NCBI GenBank assembly: GCA_905178155.1
Contig: CAJINV010000004.1
Location: forward strand, 8,767,190 to 8,831,189
From: Amoebophrya sp. A120
Lineage: Eukaryota > Protista > Dinoflagellata
Reading direction: 5' to 3'
DNA length: 64,000 bases
The translations under genes were made by a program, and so were the position numbers. The notes under the pieces are model-generated. The model searched no databases. It saw only the letters and a program-made list of their open reading frames with translations, and had not been told where the DNA came from. Below, in pieces: positions 11,071-21,564 of the stretch. Position 1 is the first letter of the stretch. Each line of letters starts with the position of its first letter.

Positions 11071-14000
11071 ATGGCAGGCGACGAAATCCTGGTCCGGTTG
11101 ACCACCGGGGCCGGGCGCACCAGGCTCACGGTCCCGACTAGCACAACACTCCAGGAGCTGAAGCAAAGGATCGAAGGGGTATGTGAGTTTTTGAGTATGT
11201 AAGACCGACACAAAGATGACCGCTTGTTTTCTTTGTCATGCATCAACTGCTTCTGCTAGACAACTTCATTTCCACTCTCCTATGAAAAAAATACAAGGGC
11301 ATATCAAGGAAAAAAATCAAAATCGAACAGCAAACCGGCGTCCCGTGGACCCAGCAGCAGCTCTGCTTCGAGGGGAACCGCCCGGTACCGAACAACCACG
11401 GTTCGAAAATCCTGGAGCTCGGGATAAAACAGGGCACCATGCTTTTTCTCGCCAACAGCAAAAACGCGGAGATAAAGTCCACATTCACGAACACCCAGAA
11501 TTTGTTGGCGAAACCCGCCGATTTTTACCAGCAATCCGGCGGGTCGCTGTCCGGCGGAACGGGGGCACCCGGCGGCGCGACCAGCAGTAAAGCACCGCTT
11601 TCCGCGCAGCCGACCCCCTCGGACGTGATGTCGAGCGCCAGCTCCGCGAGCCAAATGCCGCTGGCGGGGAACAGTGCGAGTAGTAGCAGCAAGAAACCGG
11701 CGGAAAGCACCGGAATTCTGGTAAACGGAAAACCGATGGAGATAGGTACAGATCGTACTTGCGTTTTGTTGCTCGTTGTAGTTTGTTTTGAAAATCATGC
11801 GGAAGTTGATGTGAATCTGTATTCTTACGGGACACAACTGCATGAGTATCTATCGTACGTTGTCCTGCGTAGAATGCAAATTTCATGTGAAAGAACTTGA
11901 ACTTACTATGACTCTCAGCGAAGAAGAACGACCCAACTCACGTGTCCTTCGAAAAGTTTCTGCAGCAGAGGCGGTTCGAAACGGCGAGTCTGCCTGGGAT
12001 GCAAACCTACAAGCCGGTGAAGATAGAACGAGGGAAGCAAAACAAGTTGCCGCCGCCAGTTACGTATCAAATGGAAAAATGTCTGGGTCTGGAAGATTCT
12101 GAGACTTGTCATGCATGTTTTGCATGGGCCGCAATGTCTGCGATGCACGCCCTAGCATCACAGATTTTTTGAGGGATATTCCGCGATGCCTATTCCGCAT
12201 GACAAATGCCCTCTCCGCGTACCAAAAATTGCATTCGCTTTGCTGCTCATGCAATACAGATTTTTTTGGAATCCAAATTCAGCATCACAAGTTGCATTCT
12301 TCCAGACCCAGACATTTTTACATTTGATATCACGCTAGGCCATCAGAAGTTCCGACACGTGGATTATTTGGAGTACAGTTCGTGCGTTTATTTCTGGAGA
12401 GTATTGTCAGACAAAATTCAAATTTAAACTACTACATCAAGCCGAATTTGTAGTTTTCAATTTCATGCATCTTGTCATGCGTTGATCTCATTCGAATAAA
12501 AGTAAAACAGGTATATGAACGCCAGCGCAATACAAAACTTCGTGGGGTACTGGCAGAGCAGAGACATGATGGAGCAGCGGGGAGGCTATCTGTACGGGTA
12601 CTACAGGGAAGACAAACATGTGGAGAAAGGCGTCCGGGCGGTGATGGAAGGTATTCGTTATCGTTTGTCTTGCAAAATTCCCATGACACGCATAATCTGG
12701 TAACCCGTATGCGACCTTGTGATGCATGGTCGGGAATAGATGTCCTTGAGTTTGTCATGCATAAATGATCTAATCTAATCAAAAGAAAAACCACAACAGC
12801 AATATACGAGCCCGTGCAGCCGCAATCTGACTTTGTGCAGTTTTCGAAAATACCCGACGCCGGCAGTGACCTCGCAGACAAGATCGCGAATCGGCTCGGT
12901 ACTAGGGCTTTCTACTTTTTGTGCCATGCATAAGATTAGATTGACTGCTCTTCTACTGGTCGGAGCACTTTTCATTCGCTAGCTGGTGCAATCGCATTCT
13001 CACGCATGCCTGCCGCAACACAGATGTGGCTTGTCATGCACGCTACACGTACACACAAATCAGGTCTCGAAAAAATCGGCTGGATCTACACCGGTTTGCC
13101 ACGGGACGAGTTGCTAAACGCCCAGGAGGTGCTGGAAATCGCTCACATGCAGCAAAGGTACTTACTACTTTATGAGGCAGGATAGGGATTTGTTTCATCC
13201 AAAATTTGTGATGCAAAGAGTGCTGTAACCAGCACCAGTTCTACTTCTTGATTGTTGTCATGCCAAAATCCCCTCTCAACAAAACCACCACTGTCAGGTA
13301 TAAAAGCAAAAAGCACTATTCCGGCTACGAACTCTCCACCTTCGTTACCTGCACCGTCCGCCCCGACGTGGAGAACGGTGGGCAGCCGGACACGAAGGTG
13401 TTCATGTGCAGCGACCAGTGCTCTGCCATGCTGCGCGACGGCTGTTTGGACGAGAACAATTTGGATCCGAAAAACATGAAAATCAAGCCCCCACCAGAAC
13501 CGGGCATCATCATGCCGGCGGTGTTGCAGTCCGGGAAGGACGCGGGGAACTTCGACCCGGACTGGTTCATCATCCGCGTGAACGACGGCCAGCCCACGGC
13601 GAGGAAGAAGAAATCCATCTTTTCCCAGTCTCTCTTCCCCTTCGCGAATCGACCCGGGAAGCCGCGTATCACACAGAAAAAAGCTGGCAGGGCGTATTTG
13701 TAATGCAAAGATAAATACACAAAAAAAGCTGCATTGCATAACCGAAACAGCATACTATGGGGCCACCCATGACAAATCTTTCTGTGTATTTATTTTTGCA
13801 TTACAAATAATATGCCCTGCCAGCTTTTTTCTCTGGGATACCGCGGCCCAGCCGGCAGGATTTCCGGAACTACATGCAGCAGGCGGCGCCCGGGGGCCCG
13901 AGTTATGACAATGAAAAATGCCCCCACCCCCGAACTTGAAAGCATTTGTATTGCAAACCTTTCCAAATGAAACATTCGCCCTCTTGCATGCATCAGCATC

Positions 14001-14356
14001 ACAGATTTCCGATCGTGAAGAGCAAAAATTTGTATCGCAAAAGATCCCAGCAAGAGCGGTGCTTGTCATGCAAGCGATGCGAAACACAACTAGAATTCGC
14101 ATCAGAAAGATTCGTACTCCTTTCATGCATGACAAAAAGTTTTCATTTGGAAACTTCGCATCACAAATTTTTGCAACTTTGGGAGTGGGGGGGCACTTTT
14201 CACTGTAATACGAGTTGGGCCAAGTTCGCGGACTTTCACGCGCTGATCTGGCTCGCACAGGAGTTCGACATCGATACGGTGTTCACGATCTGCGACTCGG
14301 TGCGGGAAAGGAAGGACGTACTGCCGGGAATCATGGAAATGGTGGGCGCGCTGTAA
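11071..14356 (+). CDS. NPL4: Nuclear protein localization protein 4 (Cdc48/p97 cofactor), 10 exons
   Basis: N-terminal UBL (ELGIKQGTMLFL), HQKFRHVDYLE, QRGGYLYGYY, AIYEPVQ, GLEKIGWIYT, SDQCSAMLRDG, FPFANR, ADFHALIWL. GT-AG introns 11179-11330, 11746-11918, 12373-12510, 12651-12799, 12899-13063, 13158-13297, plus 3 TIR introns. Confidence 0.93.
12065..12329. mobile_element. TIR introner, family A, in NPL4
   Basis: Family A TIR; flanks TTACG/TCACG; restores PPVTLGHQKFRHVD. Confidence 0.93.
13667..13840. mobile_element. Long-TIR introner, family E, in NPL4
   Basis: TATCACACAGAAAAAAGCTGGCAGGGC ... GCCCTGCCAGCTTTTTTCTCTGGGATA; direct repeat CCGCG. Confidence 0.92.
13904..14210. mobile_element. 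TIR introner with poly-C/poly-G arms, in NPL4
   Basis: TATGACAATGAAAAATGCCCCC ... GGGGGGCACTTTTCACTGTAATA; direct repeat CGAGT; restores PSWAKFADFH. Confidence 0.92.
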
Positions 14357-15304
14357 GGAAGTACTTACTTCTTGCGGGATGAAAGACTACGTGCAGTTAC
14401 CACACACAACTACCTGGTGTCGTTGTTCTTCCTCTGGGCGGCCTGTTGGGGAACGGCCGTGGTTTGTTGTTGTCCCAGTGGTTTGCGTACCACCCCAAAA
14501 GCGACGAAGTAGACTTTTTGAAAGCGACTTTTTCAGAATACGACGACTTTTGATACTTACTTATTACTCACGAGCGGTTATTTGAATGGCAATGGGCAAA
14601 TGCCGTTATTTTTGCCAGAAATCTCGAGTCCTGGAGATTTCGCACCCTGGAGATTTAGTACAACATAGTATTTTCCCAATCAAGAATCATGACCTGAATG
14701 AAGGACGTTAAACCGAATCATGACCCCGCTGAATTGTTGTTTTAAAAACTGAATTTATCTGTTGTTGATACAACACAAGATTCGAATAAGCTAAAGCACA
14801 AGCAAAAAAAAAACGAGGACTCTTCGCTTCGAGCCTCTACGATAATTCGTCGTCTCACGACAGCAGCAGGCAGCAGTGTGCTGTTGACCCGAGCATGGTG
14901 CAAAGGAGCCCATCAAGAATCAAGCAAAAGATGTTCTACTAAACATTTAGAAAGCCACTGACTAGCTCATCTCAACGTGAAACTAATATTGCCTCTCCAC
15001 CATCCTGTTTTCATATCCGCAACCTTCATTGCAGGCCGACAAACAACATTTTTTCAGCGCATCAACTTAAATAAGTCTTTAGGCTGTAAATACCACTGTC
15101 GTGCAGATAGAGCTTTGTAATTCCGGATGAAGTACTAGTAGATCCTACGGTAGGCACAAGCCAGGTTTCGAATGGCAATGAGTCAAGATGAGGCTGATCT
15201 TGTCGTACTACAACTAGAGTGAGTTCGATTGTTCCCGACCGCCAGCCTGTGGTACTACTGGTGAGGACATAGTTCAGGAATTATATAGTTGAAATTCTTT
15301 AAAA

Positions 15305-18300
15305 ATGGACGAAGAATACGACGTAATCGTGTGCGGCACCGGTTTGAAAGAGTGCATCCTCTCCGGGTTGCTCTCCGTTTCGGGAAAGAAGGTGCTCCAC
15401 GTGGACCGAAACAACTACTATGGCGGGGACTGCGCCTCGCTGAACATAACAAACTTGTGGGCTAAATTCAAAAATGGGGACAAACCACCACCAGAACTGG
15501 GTAAGTGATTAGAAGTACATGTTTCGCTTTTGAAGTTCTGCATTATGTAGCAACAGAAGTGGAAATTATTTTTTCTCTCGCATCTTATTTCTTCTCTATC
15601 TCTACTTGCAAGAAGAGAATCCAATCCATTCATCTTCTATCAGGTCCCAACCGCGACTGGAACGTGGACCTGGTCCCAAAATTCGTCATGGCAAATGGGC
15701 TCTTGGTGAAGATGCTTTTGCACACCGGCGTGACTCGGTATCTCGAGTGGAAATCGGTGGATGGCACCTACGTCTACCAGTACCAGGAAGCGGGGTTCTT
15801 CAGCAGCGAAAAGTTCATCCACAAAGTGCCGGCCAACGACAAGGAAGCGCTAAGTAGCGCTCTGATGTCCCTACTGGAAAAAAACCGCTTCAAGAACTTC
15901 TTCCAGTTCATCATGGGTATTGAAGATTTCTTTGGTTTTGCAAGTGCTGATGCAATAATTGTAGGGGCATGACAAAATGGCAATGCTCGTGCCGTGTGCT
16001 TTATTTTTTCGCATGATAAAAAATCATTTATTTTTTTTTTTTTCCCAAACAGCATGGGACGACGCAAATCCGAAAACATTTGACGGCGTCGATCCGAACA
16101 GACACAGCATGCAGCAAGTCTACGACAAATTCGGTCTGCAGCCGTTGACAATCGACTTTTTGGGACATTGCGTAGCGCTCTACCCAGACGACAACTACCT
16201 GCGCTGCGCCTGCGGGCCGACAATAAATAAGATGAAGCTGTATTGCAGCTGCTGTTTACCTGCTTCTATTTGCTTGGTCTGTTGCGAGGTTATGCATGAC
16301 AGGCTACCAGGTTGAATTTGAACCTCCACCAGTGTATTTCAAATTTTAGTACTCCACCGAACTGCCACTATCAGGTACATGGAATCAATCGCACGGTACG
16401 GCAACTCTCCATTTATCTACCCAATATACGGCCTCGGTGGGCTTCCAGAAGGGTTCTCAAGGCTTTCCGCGATTCACGGTGGGACTTACATGCTGAATAA
16501 GCCAGTAGACGGGTTCGAATATGACGAAAATGGTATGAGTCTTCATCTTTTTGCAATACAGATTTTGGAATGCTCAGAGTACGACCACATCATATCGTAA
16601 TGCATTACAACTGTCGTTGTAGAACGTTCGTATTTGTCATGCGCAAGAACATGATCATGTTTGCGTGACGAAGGCGAGGCATATAATATGACGCGAACAA
16701 AATGAAAATCCTCAGGCAAAGTGTGCGGCGTGCGATCAGGGTCCGAAGTAGCGAAGGCAAAGATGGTCATCTGCGACCCCAGTTACGCCCCAGAAGCAAA
16801 GAGGAGGCCTGTGGGGCAAGTCATCCGGGCGATCTGCATTTTAGGCGCGCCAATCCCTAACACAAGCGACGTGAACTCAGTACTGGATTATTTGTTGACG
16901 ATTTTTAGCTGATTTCCATTTCGAGCATGACAAAACTTTTCCCTCTTCTACCTCCCGCATGAGAAAGATAAAAACTGCACAACTTAAAAATATCAGGTCC
17001 AAATCATTTTGACCGCGAGCCAGATGAAAAGGAAAAACGACATTTACATCATGATGGTCTCGAATTCACATATGGTGGCCGCAAAGAACAAATACATCGC
17101 GATCGTGTCAACCACGGTGGAAACGCAGAGGCCCGAGGAAGAAATCAAGCCTATCAAATGCAAAAAAGACTGGGTCTGGAAGATTGCGAGATTTGTCATG
17201 CTTGTCTGGCATGACCAAAAAGTTTGTGATGCGTGTCCAAGAAGAGACCCTTTTGCCTGTCATGCAAAAACGCAGTTTGTCATGCGAAAAACGCAGCACA
17301 AAGAAGCGCAGATATTTCTCATGCTTGGCTGCGCATTACAGAGCATTCAATATTCCCAACGCAGCATTACAAGTTTCCAGACCCAGACATTTTTGCATTT
17401 GATAAAGCCGGCCCTGAGACTACTCGGGCCGATCGAGCATATCATGTGCACGGTATGGAAGTTTTTGGAAATTCTAGGTTTGGATTGAAAAAAAAAAAAA
17501 ATGATTATTTCTTTGTTGAGTTTTGCATGAAATCAAGATCAAACTGGTTTGTGGTTGAACTCGGATTTTTGTCTGCTGCACATGCCAAGTGATGACACCA
17601 AAAGTTCTCGTCCACACAACAATTCACAAAAAAACCCGACCAAAAGGTCTCCACACTCTACGCACCAACCGACAAGGGGGAAGACAACGTTTTCGTAACC
17701 TCCAGCTACGATGCCACCAGCCACTTCGAGTCCGCATCTATTGACGTGATGCAGATGTTATGCATTGCGAATATGTCTGGGTCTGGAAAGGTTGAACCTG
17801 TAGTGTCATTTTGCGTCTCGCATATCTGAAAATAGATCTGTATTGCATGAGCAGCAAGAAAAAATGCGCCACGACATTTTCGTCATGCAAAGTCACAGTC
17901 TGTAATGCGCACAAGCACAACGCATGAGAAAGCGTTTCAAAATAAAGTTGTTACCCTTGTTCACTACTATTAGAGGCGGATTCAATCACATCCATGCAGC
18001 ATTACAGGTTTCCAGAGGACCAAGACATCTTTGCATTTGATAGCTGTGGTATGGAGAGAAAAAAGTTTATCATAGTCACTAATTTGCAGGGTTTGCATTA
18101 CAAACTTTCTTAGCATCATAAATTTTCCTTGTATTGCAGAAACACTAGGGAAATCCCTAATAAAGTTTGGCTGTGATGCATTTTTACGCATGACAAACAG
18201 TTTTGTATTGCAAAAATGCGCATCAGTGATCGTGACGAACTTTTTTTGTTTGATATGTGGAAGAAGATGTTCGGCGAGGAGCTGGTTTTGACGGTTCACA

Positions 18301-18608
18301 TATCCTGAGTAAAAACGTACCCACACCAGAGTTGTAATGCAAATCTGCATGCTGAAAATGTTTCTCATGCGGAGCCTCATGAGAAGCATTCTCTAGTCGT
18401 GTCTTGCAATTTGTCATGCTCCAATCAGCATGGTATGCTAGATCTGTGATGCTGCTGAGCTAGCTCAAACAGCACTACACTACGAATCCAAATTTGTCAT
18501 GCAAAACAGCCAAAACTTGTGGATTTGTCTAGCCGATTTCCCATCTTGACTATGGTGTGGGTACGTTTTTACTCAGGATATCACAAAGACGCGGAAGCGG
18601 ACATGTGA
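15305..18608 (+). CDS. GDI: Rab GDP dissociation inhibitor, including a micro-exon near 18043-18049
   Basis: [103 protein letters not shown] introns 15501-15643, 15917-16052, 16240-16374, 16533-16715, 16880-16996, 17453-17646, plus 4 TIR introns. Reconstructed C-terminus [21 protein letters not shown]. Confidence 0.96.
17152..17404. mobile_element. TIR introner, family A, in Rab GDI
   Basis: Family A TIR; direct repeat AAGCC; restores [12 protein letters not shown]. Confidence 0.95.
17759..18042. mobile_element. TIR introner, family A, in Rab GDI
   Basis: TATGCATTGCGAATATGTCTGGGTCTGGAAA ... TTTGCATTTGATA; flanks GATGT/GCTGT. Confidence 0.88.
18050..18255. mobile_element. TIR introner, distinct family, 7 nt from the previous element
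   Basis: TATGGAGAGAAAAAAGTTTATCATAGTCACT ... AGTGATCGTGACGAACTTTTTTTGTTTGATA; direct repeat TGTGG. Confidence 0.85.
18301..18580. mobile_element. TIR introner with a perfect 28-bp TIR, distinct family
   Basis: TATCCTGAGTAAAAACGTACCCACACCA ... TGGTGTGGGTACGTTTTTACTCAGGATA; direct repeat TCACA. Confidence 0.95.
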
Positions 18609-19725
18609 TGATAAGTATCTCTCTTTCACACGGTAATATTCTGCTGACCCAGGGTAGATGATAAATTTTTGAATTAAAGAGTTTATTCCCGCACCTAGTC
18701 CCGGAAGTTGGTGTCTAATGTGCGGGTTGACCAAACTTCTGCTACACACAGTTTATATGTAAAACAGTTTTCACTCACACAAATTTTCCGTATCATTTAA
18801 CTCGCTCTGACATCGTGTTGTAGTAGAGAAGGTGGAGTCAGTTTTATTCCTGCTACTCTCACCGCGTTGCAAGAGCCGGGCGAATGGACACAGCTGTTGT
18901 CCGACTTAATTTGTCCGTCAATTAGTAGGCTCAGCTCAACAGTCTGTGGCTGACAAAGGAAGAAATCGAAAATCGATATCCGAAAGTCAACGTTGACACG
19001 AAACAGTCACAACAGGACAAATTAATTAGTCCTGCGGCAGCGGACAACGGATGGAAATAGAAGTGAGTACTTCAAATTTAGTATCTCCACCTTCGCGTGG
19101 CATTGATTTTCTTCCGGTTCTGTTCGCGCGGGGGGGAAGATTGATCAACATCGCCTGTAGGTGATTATTACGATCATGCTGACAGGAAATTGTAGTTCGA
19201 GAGCACTTTGGAAGGAAAATGAACTTCTATGTCGTGCGACATTTTTGGTCACTTTTTGCCATCGTTTCATCTATCCTCGATGTACTAGCGTTAATTCAGA
19301 GTAGGAAAGAACGTCGGTCTAACTACGATCCTGTCACCAACATAGTCTGGTCGCTCGACTTGGATTTGGATGTGCCCGCAGACGTGCTCGCGCTCTTCTT
19401 CATTTTTCGCAGTCACTAACATTTCATTCTTGATGTGCCCATACTAGTTTCGCTTGTCTATTTTACATCCTACTCCCTTGAAGTCTAGATCCTCTTGGAC
19501 GGCGGTAGTCAGAGTCACTTTCACGGTGTGGTTGTAGGAAGGACGAAATTTACACTGGTCTCAAACCCCATACAGCCCCACCGCATTACATTGTTCTGAT
19601 ATAGAGTTGTTACAACTGAATCAACATCTTACAACCGACCCTACACCATGCGCCATACGACTACACAGGACTGTGAAGAATAACCCTGCCTGTGCGTAAA
19701 GAGCCGTGGCGGAACAGCTACTACC

Positions 19726-21303
19726 ATGGGCAAAAAGGGTCGGTGGGGTACCAAGAAGGACGCCACTACGTCAGAAGCGGACCCAACGGGTGCCAGCCAC
19801 GATGCGGGCCTCGACTTATTAGCGAAGCAAGGATCTTCAGCGGCTGCGTCCACGTCCGCCACCAGCCCCGACGGTAACAAGAACGCAGCACTCGCCCACC
19901 TTGAGTCGGGTATTTTACGTGGCCAGAAGGATGCGAGCTCCACGTTCCGGCAGAAGCGGTCGGAATTCGACCAGTTTAACACGACGGTGGGGACGGTTTC
20001 AAACTCCGCGCAATCCACCTTGGAGGAAAACCTGAAGCGGTTTCTAGCCCTTGTTTCCGACCAGGACGAACATTGTTTCTGCCTCCCGGAGGGGTTCTGC
20101 GCGCGGACCGATCTTTCCACGTTCGAGCAACTGTTTCAGGAGTTCGAATTTTTGCCGACCTGGAGCGCGAACGGGTTTCGGCTGCGGCGGGACGTGATCG
20201 ATGTTGGTATGTTCAACTACCGAGTTGATGGTTCATCTTCTGACACCACCAGCGGTGTAGTTGTTGCAGCTAGTCGTGGAAATAACGGCCCCCCAACGAA
20301 AAAGCGGTTCCGACCCTACAACGTCGCTGAGAGCGAGCAGGTGCCGGATGGTGCTTTTGTTTCTTCAGAACCACGAAGACCAGGGGGAGGATCAGGAACC
20401 CCAAATTGTATCCGGAACGCCGTCTGGGAAAACTGCCCGACGTATCGGAAGCTGATTCAGTTTCTCGTAAAGAAGTTCGAGATTCAGGGGCCGGTGCGCT
20501 CGGTGATAAACTTTTACCAGGGAAACAACAACCGCCTGGGCTTTCACAAGGACAGCTACTACGGCAACGTGAATTTTACGGTCGGCGTCTCTCTCGGGGC
20601 GACGAGGAATCTGGAGTTCATAACGAATGAAGAGTACTTTCACACACTTTGAGAGAACTACGGAATACATTTTTGCTACAGAGTTTCGAGATTTTTTGTA
20701 CCGCTTGTTTCATCCTAGGTTGTCGTATTGGACAAATTGATGGTCGTTCAAGAGGAGGCATGATGTGGGCTTCTTCTTCTATCCCAATTGCCATTTTTGC
20801 AAATTACGCTGCTGCTCTCGCAGTCACAGGCAGCACTAGTTATACAAATCAACATGATTGACAGGTACCAGCGACAGCAGGCGCAGGGCGGCGGGGGCAA
20901 CATGCAGGGCGGCCTGTTTTCCTTCCCGCAGGGGAACGGGGACATCTTCGCATTTTCCGAGTACGTAAACAACCATTACCGCCACGGCGTGCCCAACGAC
21001 GCTCAGAAGCAGTTCGGCGGACGAATCTCCGTGGTGGTTTGGGGCCACCGGGAAACCAAATTCGCAAAGGTGGGTGCCGAGTCGTCGCGAAAACGAGTGC
21101 AGCCTCGTGACGGAATGTCGACCAGGTCGAGCAGTAATCGGGACGAAGTCGTCGCTCCTTCGAAGAGTTATTACCCCTACGAGGGCGACTTCGTAGTGGA
21201 TTTCGCCGGGGAAGAAGGAGAGAGGATAGTGTACGATGATGCGGCACTTCTGGTAGATGGTACTAGTAATCGTGATCTTGTTTCCAAAGGAAGAATAAGA
21301 TGA
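19726..21303 (+). CDS. AlkB-like 2-oxoglutarate/Fe(II) dioxygenase; GT-AG intron 20634-20864
   Basis: INFYQGNNNRLGFHKD (HxD), VSLGATRNLEF, GNGDIFAF..VNNHYRHGVP, GRISVVVWG. The frame joins across the intron. Confidence 0.82.
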
Positions 21304-21564
21304 TGGCGCGGACGAGGGAACATAATTTGTACTAGCATGACACTGTCACTTTTTTGTGGGCATGATTTCTACCATTGTTCGAAGAGAATAAAAAAGTTCG
21401 AACAAGAACTGCTGCCTGAAAACGGGCACCCACAACTATTGTGCGAACTTACGCAGCCCTGCATTAGTATGAAGCAAAGGCTGCTTGTTCTTCTTTCCCG
21501 CACAATTCTTGCAATGTGAGCGTTTGATTCCTGTTGACAGCGGAGTGCCGTGGTTTAAATGTGA

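Noticed and set aside
1481-17488. Recurring peptides such as [22 protein letters not shown] and [10 protein letters not shown] as a protein domain
   Set aside because: They are translations of the family A inverted repeats, appearing in different frames and strands.
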